From an uncultured Eubacteriales bacterium (GTDB lineage: Bacteria > Bacillota > Clostridia > Oscillospirales > CAG-272): DNA of 64,000 nucleotides. How positions within the stretch are numbered: the stretch's first letter is position 1; every line of letters starts with the position of its first letter. The DNA is taken from assembly GCA_934525675.1 (NCBI GenBank), contig CAKSZH010000010.1:2824-66823 (forward strand), in the 5' to 3' direction. Shown here piece by piece: positions 9,481 through 18,425 of this stretch. Position numbers and translations under genes: made by a program. Below the pieces are notes generated by a model. It was not told the DNA's origin, did no database searches, and was given only the letters and a program-made list of their open reading frames with translations.

Positions 9481-9565
9481 TGGTGCGAGAAACGGGACTT
9501 GAACCCGTACGGTGTGAACCACACGCCCCTCAAACGTGCGCGTCTGCCAGTTCCGCCACTCTCGC
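9481..9565 (-). tRNA. tRNA-Leu (anticodon GAG)
   Basis: Reverse complement folds as a class II tRNA: acceptor GCGAGAG/TTCTCGC, anticodon stem CACGT/GCGTG with loop TTGAGGG, long variable arm, T-arm ACGGG-TTCAAGT-CCCGT, discriminator A and encoded CCA. Confidence 0.9.
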
Positions 9566-9616
9566 ATTCGTATCGGAAACCGATCTTTTCGGATCGGCTC
9601 GGACGCGACATAAGCT

Positions 9617-9644
9617 ATTATACACGAAAAAATCCGTTTGTCAA
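9617..9644 (-). promoter_or_regulatory. sigma-A-type promoter of tRNA-Leu
   Basis: On the minus strand, TTGACA - 16 nt - TATAAT, ~45 nt upstream of the mature tRNA 5' end. Confidence 0.6.
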
Positions 9645-9709
9645 GGCTTTTCCCGAAAAAAATCTGACACGGCGGGAAGTTTTTCACACGCCGTTTTCCC
9701 AAGCCGCCC

Positions 9710-9738
9710 TTGACAGCGCGTCCATAAAGGAATATAAT
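9710..9738 (+). promoter_or_regulatory. sigma-A-type promoter of miaB operon
   Basis: TTGACA - 17 nt - TATAAT. Confidence 0.6.
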
Positions 9739-9767
9739 AATATATTATATATTTATCGGGGAACAGT

Positions 9768-11207
9768 ATGATCGGAAAACATCTCCTTCCGGCTTCGGAA
9801 ACGGAAAAACAAAACGAATACATAAAAAAGGTCCGTGCGTGGAACGACCGTCACGCAGAAGAGACCGGGAAGCGCCGCCGCGCTTACGTCCTGACGCTCG
9901 GTTGCCAGCAGAACGAGGCGGACAGCGAAAAAATCGCCGGGATGCTCTGCGCCATGGGGTACGAAATGACGCGCGACGAAAACGAGGCGTCCTTCCTTGC
10001 GGTCAACACCTGCGCCGTGAGAGAACACGCGGAAAAGCGCGCGCTTTCCTTCATCGGGCAATACAAGCATCTGAAGGCAAAAGACCCGGAGGTCATCATC
10101 GCGGTGTTTGGCTGTATGGTCGCGCAGGAGCACCGCGCCGAGGCAATCAAAAAAAGCAATCCGTATGTGGATCTCGTGTTCGGCACCTCATCGCTCTACC
10201 GCCTGCCGGAACTGCTTCTTGACCACCTTGAACGCGGAAAGCGACTCTTCTGCACGGGCGAGACAGAGTACACGGTCGCGGAGGGAATCCCGGTGCGGAG
10301 GGAGAGCACCTACCGCGCGTGGGTGTCGGTCATGTACGGCTGCGACAATTTCTGCTCCTACTGCATCGTCCCGTATGTCCGCGGCAGGGAACGCAGCCGG
10401 GAAAAATCCGAGATTATCAAAGAAGTGAGGGAATTGGTGAATGCGGGTTACCGCGACATCACCCTGCTCGGGCAGAACGTCAATTCCTACGGCAGGACCG
10501 ACGGTTTCCCGTATGATTTTGCCGACCTGCTCGAAGAGCTTGACCGCATCGAGGGCGATTATCTCATCCGCTTTATGACCAGTCACCCGAAGGATGCGTC
10601 GCACAAACTCATCGACGTGATGGCAACGTCAAAGCATATCGCGCACCAGTTCCACCTCCCGCTCCAGTCGGGAAGCGACCGCCTGCTGCGTGTCATGAAC
10701 CGCCATTACGATCTTGCCAAGTATTTCGATTCGCTTGACTACATCAAGGATAAAATGCCCGACTGCGCGCTGTCCACGGACATCATCGTCGGGTTCCCCG
10801 GCGAGACCGAGGAGGACTTCTCCGCAACGCTTGCGGCGCTCGGACGCGCAAGATACGACATGATCTTTTCCTTCCTCTACTCTCCGCGCAAGGGAACGCC
10901 CGCCGCGGAAATGGAGGATCAGATTCCCGAGGCGGTCAAGAGCGAGCGGTACGGGCGGATGCTGAAATTGCAGAACGCGATCTCCCTTGAAAAGAATCAG
11001 CCGCTTGTCGGAAAAACCGTGCGGATCCTTTCGGACGGAATCAGCAAGAATAACGACGAGGTCTGTTCGGGCAGAACCGAGGGCAACAAGATCGTATTTT
11101 ACCACGGCACCGGGAGCGACGCGGGAAAATGGCTCTTTGTCAAGATCGACCGCGCGGAGGCGTTCGCCCTGTACGGCGAGGTCGTCCCGGACGGGGAAAC
11201 CGTGTAA
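9768..11207 (+). CDS. miaB: tRNA (N6-isopentenyl-A37) methylthiotransferase MiaB
   Basis: UPF0004 N-domain, radical-SAM CDNFCSYC (CxxxCxxC) and a TRAM-like C-terminus. Lies upstream of mutS, as is usual in Firmicutes. Confidence 0.9.
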   Translation: MIGKHLLPASETEKQNEYIKKVRAWNDRHAEETGKRRRAYVLTLGCQQNEADSEKIAGMLCAMGYEMTRDENEASFLAVNTCAVREHAEKRALSFIGQYKHLKAKDPEVIIAVFGCMVAQEHRAEAIKKSNPYVDLVFGTSSLYRLPELLLDHLERGKRLFCTGETEYTVAEGIPVRRESTYRAWVSVMYGCDNFCSYCIVPYVRGRERSREKSEIIKEVRELVNAGYRDITLLGQNVNSYGRTDGFPYDFADLLEELDRIEGDYLIRFMTSHPKDASHKLIDVMATSKHIAHQFHLPLQSGSDRLLRVMNRHYDLAKYFDSLDYIKDKMPDCALSTDIIVGFPGETEEDFSATLAALGRARYDMIFSFLYSPRKGTPAAEMEDQIPEAVKSERYGRMLKLQNAISLEKNQPLVGKTVRILSDGISKNNDEVCSGRTEGNKIVFYHGTGSDAGKWLFVKIDRAEAFALYGEVVPDGETV

Positions 11208-11271
11208 GTCCGGTGTGACGGGGTAAAAAACAAAACCAAAAAGGAGACGGGATTATTCCCGTGTGAAAAAT

Positions 11272-11670
11272 ATGGAAAACAGCGAAGTATTCCGCCTTGC
11301 GACAGAACTCGGAAAGGCATTGAAAGAGGACGAACGTCTCATCCGTCTTGCCGACGCGAAGAAGGCGTACCAGAACGACGAAGCGGTGCAGTCCGCGCTC
11401 CGCGAGTACGAAGCAGACCAGCAGGCGATTCAGGATGAATTGGTCAAGCCCGACAAGGATATGCTGCTTGTGGACAGACTCCAGACGCGCACCGAGGAAC
11501 TTTACCGCCAGATTACCGGAGCGGAGTCCTTTCTTGCTCTGAACGAAGCGCAGAAGACCGTCAACGACCTGATGAACGCAGTCAACAATACCATCACCTT
11601 CACGGTGACAGGGGAGATGCCCGCCTGCACGCATGACTGCTCGTCCTGCGGCGGAGGATGCCATTCGTAA
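11272..11670 (+). CDS. YlbF/YmcA-like helical protein with C-terminal Cys cluster
   Basis: Short helical protein (LREYEADQQAIQ...) ending CTHDCSSCGGGCH. Sits in the conserved slot between miaB and mutS. Start could be ATG 11272 or GTG 11263. Confidence 0.65.
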   Translation: MENSEVFRLATELGKALKEDERLIRLADAKKAYQNDEAVQSALREYEADQQAIQDELVKPDKDMLLVDRLQTRTEELYRQITGAESFLALNEAQKTVNDLMNAVNNTITFTVTGEMPACTHDCSSCGGGCHS

Positions 11671-11727
11671 TGCTTCATCCGGCAGGGAAGCCGTTCTCAT
11701 TTGTGAAAGAGTAAGGAGAGAGACATC

Positions 11728-14334
11728 ATGACTCCGATGATGCAACAGTATTTCAAGGTCAAAGAGCAGTATCCGGACCATCTTCTGTTTTACCGCCTCG
11801 GCGATTTCTATGAAATGTTCTTTGACGACGCGATCACCGCGTCCCGCGCACTCGACCTGACCCTGACCGGAAGGGATTGCGGCGAGGCGGAACGTGCGCC
11901 GATGTGCGGCGTGCCGTTCCACGCGGCGGATGTCTATATCGGCAAGCTGATCGAAAAGGGCTTCAAGATTGCCATCTGCGAGCAGATGGAGGATCCCGCG
12001 CTTGCCAAGGATCTGGTCAAAAGAGAAGTCGTCCGCGTGGTCACGCCGGGCACGCTCATCGAAACCGATCTTTTGCCCGAACAGAAAAACAACTACCTTG
12101 CGGCGGTCTGCTTCGGCACGGGGGAGATCGGCGTGTGTTTTGCCGACATTTCCACGGCGGAGGTCAGCGCGACCTCGTTTTCGGGCGCGGATGCGGAGAT
12201 CAAATTGCAGAACGAGCTTGGGACCTATGCTCCGCGCGAGATTCTCATGAACCTCGGACGCGACAAGGTGCCGGCAACCTCGGAGTTTCTTGCGGGACGG
12301 ATGCCGGACGCCATGGTTTCGGACGGTCAGCTTGCCCGCTTTGACCCGGAAGACGCAAAGCGCGCCGTCGGGGAACAGTTCGGCGACACGGTCAGACCGG
12401 AGACCTATGACGACAAGCCGCTGGTCGCCGCAGTCGGTGCGCTGCTTTCCTATATCCGTGAAACACAGAAGTCGGATATGTCTTACATCCGCGAGCTTCG
12501 CGTATATTCCGACGGACAGTATCTGGACATGGACGTCAACACGCGCCGTAACCTTGAGTTGACCGAGACCCTGCGTTCCAAAGAGAAGAAGGGTTCGCTC
12601 CTCTGGGTGCTTGACAAGACCCGTACCGCTCCCGGCGCGCGGCTTCTCCGCCGTTGGGTGGAGCATCCTCTGCTCCGGACGGACGAGATTGTCAGACGGC
12701 AGGGCGCGGTGGAGGAATTCGTCGGGGACTATATGCTCCGCGAGGAACTGTCGGCTCTGCTCGATCATGTGCTCGATCTGGAACGTCTCATCACCAAGGT
12801 GGTGTACGGTTCGGCAAACGGCAAGGACCTTCGCGCCATTGCCGCAACGACGGCGGTGCTGCCCGATATCCGGAAGCTGCTGGAGGGACGTTCCTCCGAA
12901 AAGCTCCGCGAGCTGTTTGCGGGCTTTGATCTGCTCACGGACATTAACACGCTCATTTCTTCCGCCATCGCGGAGGATGCGCCCTTCTCGGTCAGGGAAG
13001 GCGGGATCATTGCCGCAGGTTACAACGAGGATGTGGACAAGCTGCGCTCGGTCATGACGGACAGCCGCGGCTGGCTCGACCGGATGCTGGAAACCGAAAA
13101 GCAGGCGACCGGTATCAAGACCCTCAAGATCGGCTACAATCGTGTATTCGGGTACTACCTGGAGGTCAGCAAATCCATGACGGATCAGGTGCCCGACCGC
13201 TATATCCGCAAGCAGACGCTTGTGAACGGCGAGCGGTATATTACCGAGGAACTCAAGGAAATGGAGGCAACCATCCTCGGTGCTTCCGACCGCGTCTGCG
13301 CGCTGGAATACGAACTGTTCCAGAAGGTACGCACGACGGTTGCCGACGCGTCCGACCGCATTCAGAAGACTGCGGCGCTTCTCTCGGAGCTTGACGTGTA
13401 TCTGTCGCTTGCGACGGTTGCCGCGCGCAACAATTACATTCGTCCGGAGATGGCGAAGGACGATGTGATTTCGATTAAGGACGGCAGACACCCCGTGGTC
13501 GAGCAGTTCGTGAAGGATTCCTATTTCGTTCCGAACGACGCGTATCTCGATACGGGCGACAACCGCCTCATGCTGATCACGGGGCCCAACATGGCGGGTA
13601 AATCGACCTATATGCGTCAGGTCGCGCTCATCACCGTCATGGCGCAGATTGGGTCGTTTGTCCCCGCGAAGGAAGCACACATCGGCGTGGTGGACAAGGT
13701 GTTCACCCGCGTCGGCGCGTCGGACGACCTTGCGTCGGGGCAGTCCACCTTCATGCTGGAAATGAACGAGGTCGCCTACATATTGCACAACGCGACCAAG
13801 AAGAGCCTCATCATTTACGACGAGGTCGGGCGCGGCACCTCCACCTATGACGGCATGAGCATTGCCCGCGCCATCGTGGAATACACGGCGGGACGCAAGA
13901 TCGGCGCCAAGACGCTGTTTGCGACCCACTATCATGAGCTGACCTCCATGGAGGGCGAGTACGACGGCGTGGTGAATTATCACATTGCTGCCCGCAAACG
14001 CGGAGACAGCATCACCTTCCTTCGTAAGATCGTGCGCGGCTCGACCGACGACAGCTTCGGCATTGAGGTCGCAAAACTGGCGGGACTTCCGAACGAGGTC
14101 ATTACAAGAGCCAAGCAGGTGCTCCGCTCCGTGGAGGATACCGCGAAGGCGGTACGCGAGGCGACCGACGGAGGAGAAACCAAGAAACAGAACGAACCGG
14201 ATGACGGGCAGATCACCTTTGAGGAAACGGCGTCGGATATGGTCATTGCGGAACTGAAGGCGGCGGATCTCAATACGCTCTCACCGTTTGAGTGTATGTC
14301 GTTTCTGTTCGATCTGCAGAAGCGGCTGAAGTAA
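11728..14334 (+). CDS. mutS: DNA mismatch repair protein MutS
   Basis: N-terminal mismatch-binding start MTPMMQQYF..YPD..LFYRLGDFYEMF, Walker A GPNMAGKST, 868 aa. Confidence 0.97.
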   Translation: MTPMMQQYFKVKEQYPDHLLFYRLGDFYEMFFDDAITASRALDLTLTGRDCGEAERAPMCGVPFHAADVYIGKLIEKGFKIAICEQMEDPALAKDLVKREVVRVVTPGTLIETDLLPEQKNNYLAAVCFGTGEIGVCFADISTAEVSATSFSGADAEIKLQNELGTYAPREILMNLGRDKVPATSEFLAGRMPDAMVSDGQLARFDPEDAKRAVGEQFGDTVRPETYDDKPLVAAVGALLSYIRETQKSDMSYIRELRVYSDGQYLDMDVNTRRNLELTETLRSKEKKGSLLWVLDKTRTAPGARLLRRWVEHPLLRTDEIVRRQGAVEEFVGDYMLREELSALLDHVLDLERLITKVVYGSANGKDLRAIAATTAVLPDIRKLLEGRSSEKLRELFAGFDLLTDINTLISSAIAEDAPFSVREGGIIAAGYNEDVDKLRSVMTDSRGWLDRMLETEKQATGIKTLKIGYNRVFGYYLEVSKSMTDQVPDRYIRKQTLVNGERYITEELKEMEATILGASDRVCALEYELFQKVRTTVADASDRIQKTAALLSELDVYLSLATVAARNNYIRPEMAKDDVISIKDGRHPVVEQFVKDSYFVPNDAYLDTGDNRLMLITGPNMAGKSTYMRQVALITVMAQIGSFVPAKEAHIGVVDKVFTRVGASDDLASGQSTFMLEMNEVAYILHNATKKSLIIYDEVGRGTSTYDGMSIARAIVEYTAGRKIGAKTLFATHYHELTSMEGEYDGVVNYHIAARKRGDSITFLRKIVRGSTDDSFGIEVAKLAGLPNEVITRAKQVLRSVEDTAKAVREATDGGETKKQNEPDDGQITFEETASDMVIAELKAADLNTLSPFECMSFLFDLQKRLK

Positions 14335-14400
14335 CGGACTTCCCGGCAAGCCCGGGGAACGGAAAGTGCCGGACAGAGAAAAAGAGAAAAGGGGAAAACC

Positions 14401-14799
14401 ATGCACAAGGTCAATTTGATCGGGTATCAGGTGCGGGAATTTCATCTCGTGCAGAACATTCAGCCCGGAAACAAACTACGGTTTGAAAACAGCTATTCCT
14501 ATCATGCGACCTACGGACAGGATCAGGTCGGCAGAGGAGAGATGAAGGTCACGGTGCGTGACGGCGAGGACGAAAAGCGGTTCCGCCTGGACCTGACCAT
14601 CGGCGGGATTTTCCGTTTTGATCCCTCGGCGGAAAAAGAGGAGATTCACGCGGAATCCTTCAAGCAGCTGTTCCCGTATGCGAAGGCGTATATTTCCGCA
14701 GTGACGGCGGCGGGCGGGCTGGCTCCCGTCATGATCCCGCCGATCGATATTGACGACAAGACCGTGTACCGGGTGGACCTGCACCCGGAGGATAAATGA
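14401..14799 (+). CDS. SecB-like (protein-export chaperone family) small protein
   Basis: 132 aa. The segment LDLTIGGIFRF...FKQLFPYAKAYISAVTAAGGLAPVMIPPIDI parallels the SecB core (..GIF...LFPYAR..I......P...). GGGGAAAAC lies before the ATG. Confidence 0.55.
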   Translation: MHKVNLIGYQVREFHLVQNIQPGNKLRFENSYSYHATYGQDQVGRGEMKVTVRDGEDEKRFRLDLTIGGIFRFDPSAEKEEIHAESFKQLFPYAKAYISAVTAAGGLAPVMIPPIDIDDKTVYRVDLHPEDK

Positions 14800-14826
14800 C
14801 AGAAAGAGAGAAACGGAGGGACGCAT

Positions 14827-17130
14827 ATGGGAAAAATCAATGTCCTGTCTTTTGCGGTCGCCAACCTGATCGCCGCGGGCGAGGTCGTTGACCGTCCTGC
14901 GTCGGTTGTCAAGGAACTGATGGAGAATTCCATTGACGCGGGCGCGAAGCGTATCACGGTGGAGATTCAGAACGGCGGCGTGACCTTTCTCCGCGTGACC
15001 GACGACGGATGCGGCATGGAAAAGGACGATTTGCCGGTTGCCATCCGCCGCCACGCGACCAGTAAGATCAAGGACGCGTCCGATCTTGACACCATCATCA
15101 CGCTCGGTTTCCGCGGCGAGGCGCTCGCGGCGACCTGCGCCGTGTCAAAGGTGCGGATCATTTCCAAACCGCACGACGCGCCGATCGGTGCCATGCTGGA
15201 GGTGAACGCCGGAAACATCGTTTCTCTTTCCGAACGGGGTGCGTCGGACGGCACGACCGTCATCGTCGAGGACCTCTTCATGAACGTCCCCGCCCGCCGC
15301 AAGTTCCTCAAAAAGGACGTGACCGAGGCGATGGCGGTGACCTCCGTCGTGGAAAAGGTCGCGGTGTCGCACCCCGAGATCGCTTTCTCGCTCATTGTGG
15401 ACGGCAGACTCAAGGTGGAGACCTCCGGCGACGGGAACCTGAAAAGCGCGATCTTCGCGGTGTTCGGGCGGGATTTTGCCACCCGCATGATCCCGGTCGA
15501 AGGGGAATTCGAAAATGTAAAGGTCAGTGGCTTCATCGGCAGGACCGACAATGTAAAAGCCAACCGCACCTATGAAAATTTCTTCATCAATCAGCGCTAC
15601 GTCCGTTCCAAGACGGCAATGGCGGCGGTGGAGCAGGCGTATGTTTCCTACCTGCCGCAGGAGCGGTTTCCCGCCTGCGTGCTGTTTCTCACGATTGACC
15701 CCCGCCGGGTGGACGTCAATGTGCATCCCGCGAAGCTGGAGGTTAAGTTTTCCAACGAAAAGCCGGTCTTCGAGGCGATTTATTACGCGGTACGGACCGC
15801 TCTGGAGCAGAACGTCACCCGTCCCGAGGTGAAGCTCGGGACTACCTCCGGACCCCGGATGTCGGACAACCCGTTCCCCGTGAACAACGGGCGGGGGGAG
15901 TCGGTAAGGAATCTTCAGCTCCGTATGACAGACGCTCCCGCTTCCTCCCCGCAGATGTCCTCCGCCGCGTCCGGCGCGTCCGCGTTTGATCGCGTGTCGG
16001 CGGAGGAATACCGCAGGAAATACCTCGGCGAAACGGTTTCCGGGAACAATGCCGTATCCGCCGGGAAAACGATGCCGGCTTCCGGGAATGCGGTTACCGC
16101 AACGTCGGTACAGGCAAGCGGAACTGTCGGTCATCCGTTCCCCGGAATGTCCGGGACGGCTGGAGGCGGAACTGCCGCTTCGCCGGAGGACTTCCGGATG
16201 GGAACGACGGGAGCCGCGGGTACATCCGCTCCGGTTGCCGGTACTCCCGGTCCGACTGCCGCACCGCGGGTGCCGGAGTCCCTGACTGCGGAGCAGTACC
16301 TGACGGGTCTGGATGAAAACCGCAAAGCGTACGGTGCGGAGGAGACTCCGGAGCACCCGGGTGTCATCCCGGACGCGATTGCCGCCATGCCCGAGACAGG
16401 ACGGACGGTGCCGGGAGACGGGCAGACGTTCGCCGGGAATTTTGCAACAGACGACGAGGAGAAGGGAGTGTATTCCGTGAGACCCGAAGAAGAATCGGTG
16501 GTTGCCGCACAGTCCCACCCGGAGGACCTGCCGGAGAATCCGCCGGAACGCAAGAATTACCGGATCATCGGCGAAGCGTTTTATTCTTACGTGCTGGTGG
16601 AAACCGGCGAAAAACTGCTCATCATCGACAAACACGCGGCGCATGAGCGGCTTATCTTCGAGCGGCTCAAGACCAATATGCGGTCGATGGAGGTTCCGTC
16701 GCAGATGCTCATGCTCCCCGTTGAGGTCATGCTGATGACCGACGAGGTGGGGCTGGTGGAAGCCTACCGGCAGGAGCTGGAATCCGTCGGATTTGCTTTT
16801 ACCACGGCGCGCAACACGGTGTCCGTCAGCGCGATTCCGGACGGGATCGAGCAGTCGGCGATTCCCGATATGCTGACCGCGATCGTGGGACGTATCAAGT
16901 CCGCCACCGGTTCGGCGAAACTCACGCGGGATATTCTCTTTGAAAAAGCCCTGTATCAGGCGTCCTGCAAGGCGGCGATCAAGGCGGGCAGAGAATACCC
17001 GGAGGAGCACATCGAATGGCTCGTGGACGAGATGATGAAGCTCCCTGATATCACCTTCTGCCCGCACGGCAGACCTGTTGCTTTGGAATTGACCAAGAAG
17101 AATCTCGATCATCAGTTTGAAAGAACATAA
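14827..17130 (+). CDS. mutL: DNA mismatch repair protein MutL (endonuclease type)
   Basis: GHKL ATPase motifs (ELMENSIDAG, DDGCGM) and a C-terminal DKHAAHERLIFE endonuclease motif. A long Pro/Ala/Gly/Thr-rich linker spans about aa 335-575. Confidence 0.95.
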   Translation: MGKINVLSFAVANLIAAGEVVDRPASVVKELMENSIDAGAKRITVEIQNGGVTFLRVTDDGCGMEKDDLPVAIRRHATSKIKDASDLDTIITLGFRGEALAATCAVSKVRIISKPHDAPIGAMLEVNAGNIVSLSERGASDGTTVIVEDLFMNVPARRKFLKKDVTEAMAVTSVVEKVAVSHPEIAFSLIVDGRLKVETSGDGNLKSAIFAVFGRDFATRMIPVEGEFENVKVSGFIGRTDNVKANRTYENFFINQRYVRSKTAMAAVEQAYVSYLPQERFPACVLFLTIDPRRVDVNVHPAKLEVKFSNEKPVFEAIYYAVRTALEQNVTRPEVKLGTTSGPRMSDNPFPVNNGRGESVRNLQLRMTDAPASSPQMSSAASGASAFDRVSAEEYRRKYLGETVSGNNAVSAGKTMPASGNAVTATSVQASGTVGHPFPGMSGTAGGGTAASPEDFRMGTTGAAGTSAPVAGTPGPTAAPRVPESLTAEQYLTGLDENRKAYGAEETPEHPGVIPDAIAAMPETGRTVPGDGQTFAGNFATDDEEKGVYSVRPEEESVVAAQSHPEDLPENPPERKNYRIIGEAFYSYVLVETGEKLLIIDKHAAHERLIFERLKTNMRSMEVPSQMLMLPVEVMLMTDEVGLVEAYRQELESVGFAFTTARNTVSVSAIPDGIEQSAIPDMLTAIVGRIKSATGSAKLTRDILFEKALYQASCKAAIKAGREYPEEHIEWLVDEMMKLPDITFCPHGRPVALELTKKNLDHQFERT

Positions 17131-17215
17131 CGGGAACGCCTTGCGCGTCGAAAGCGCGGGAGTCCCGTATCTTACCGAAACCTCACGGGAACGCTCTGCG
17201 TGACCCGCGAAAATA
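17130..17215 (+). repeat. two ~30-nt related units (acgggaacgcYYtgcg..) ~55 nt apart in the mutL-tgt spacer
   Basis: acgggaacgccttgcgcgtcgaaagcgcggga compared with acgggaacgctctgcgtgacccgcgaaaata. Confidence 0.5.
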
Positions 17216-17270
17216 ACATACACAAAGGCGGCGCGCTGCTTTCGCGTTAGCCCGAAAAGGAGATTTACTC

Positions 17271-18407
17271 ATGTACGAAGTAAAGAAAAAGGACGGTCGC
17301 GCACGCCGCGGCGTTCTGCACACGGTTCACGGCGATATTGAAACGCCGGTATTCATGAACGTCGGCACCTGTGCCGCGATCAAGGGCGGTGTTTCCACGG
17401 TGGAACTCAAAGAAATCAACTGCCGCGTGGAACTCTCCAATACCTATCACCTGCACCTGCGTCCCGGCGACCGCCTCATCCACGATCTCGGCGGTATCCG
17501 CAAATTTATGAACTGGGACGGACCCGTCCTCACGGATTCGGGCGGATTTCAGGTCTTTTCCCTGGCACAGCTCCGTAAAATCACGGAGGAGGGCGTGAAG
17601 TTTGCTTCTCACATCGACGGCAAGCGCATTTTCATGGGTCCCGAGGAAAGCATGCAGATCCAGTCCAACCTCGCCTCCACCATTGCCATGGCGTTTGACG
17701 AGTGTATCGAGAATCCCGCGCCCTATGATTACGTCAAGCAATCCAGCGAGCGCACGGTGAGATGGCTTGCCCGCTGCAAGGCGGAAATGGCAAGGCTCAA
17801 TTCGCTTCCGGATACCATCAACAAGCATCAGCTGCTCTTCGGCATCAACCAGGGCGGCACTTACGAAGACCTCCGCATTGCCAACATGAAGGCAATCGCC
17901 GAAATGGACCTGGACGGCTACGCAATCGGCGGACTTGCCGTCGGCGAGGAGACTTCGGAAATGTACCGCATCATCGACGCGGTGGAGCCGCATATGCCCG
18001 AGAACAAGCCGCGGTATCTGATGGGCGTCGGCACGCCGTGCAACATCCTGGAGGCGGTGCACCTCGGCGTGGACTTCTTCGATTGCGTGATGCCAAGTCG
18101 CAATGCCCGCCACGGAAACCTGTTCACGTGGGAGGGCAAGATGAATCTGCTCAATGAAAAATACCTGAAGGACGAGCGCCCCATCAGCGTGTCCTGCCAG
18201 TGCCCGACCTGCCGGAATTACAGCCGGGCCTACATCCGTCACCTGCTCAAGGCAAAGGAATCGCTCGGTATGCGCCTTGCCGTGACCCACAACCTCTACT
18301 TCTACAACGACCTGACCCAGAAGATCCGCGACGCGCTGGACGGGGACTATTTCGAGAGCTTCTACCAGAAGTACCATGTGGCTCTCGGCGAGCGCAATCC
18401 GGACTGA
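17271..18407 (+). CDS. tgt: queuine tRNA-ribosyltransferase
   Basis: DSGGFQV catalytic motif and Zn site CQCPTC...H, 378 aa. Confidence 0.95.
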   Translation: MYEVKKKDGRARRGVLHTVHGDIETPVFMNVGTCAAIKGGVSTVELKEINCRVELSNTYHLHLRPGDRLIHDLGGIRKFMNWDGPVLTDSGGFQVFSLAQLRKITEEGVKFASHIDGKRIFMGPEESMQIQSNLASTIAMAFDECIENPAPYDYVKQSSERTVRWLARCKAEMARLNSLPDTINKHQLLFGINQGGTYEDLRIANMKAIAEMDLDGYAIGGLAVGEETSEMYRIIDAVEPHMPENKPRYLMGVGTPCNILEAVHLGVDFFDCVMPSRNARHGNLFTWEGKMNLLNEKYLKDERPISVSCQCPTCRNYSRAYIRHLLKAKESLGMRLAVTHNLYFYNDLTQKIRDALDGDYFESFYQKYHVALGERNPD

Positions 18408-18425
18408 AACGGAGCGGGTCTGCAT

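Noticed and set aside
9041-9502. Several 78-185-aa ORFs on both strands across the tRNA-Leu repeat region (9041..9502, 9333..9713, 9145..9702 and others).
   Set aside because: They start at TTG without an RBS, run through terminator hairpins and the tRNA itself, and exist twice only because the DNA is duplicated. I treat them as non-coding.
11140-13983. 947-aa ORF on the minus strand, antisense to mutS.
   Set aside because: This is a shadow ORF typical of high-GC DNA. Its translation is Arg/His/Gly/Leu-rich with no recognisable motif, while the + strand encodes an unmistakable MutS. The same reasoning applies to 15145..17223(-), 17265..19097(-), 23264..24829(-), 37423..38829(-), 38714..40390(-) and 41484..42785(-).
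15830-16560. ~240-aa Pro/Ala/Gly/Thr/Ser-rich low-complexity stretch inside MutL.
   Set aside because: It corresponds to the naturally variable, disordered linker between the MutL ATPase and endonuclease domains. It is long but not structurally anomalous, and there is no evidence of an inserted domain.
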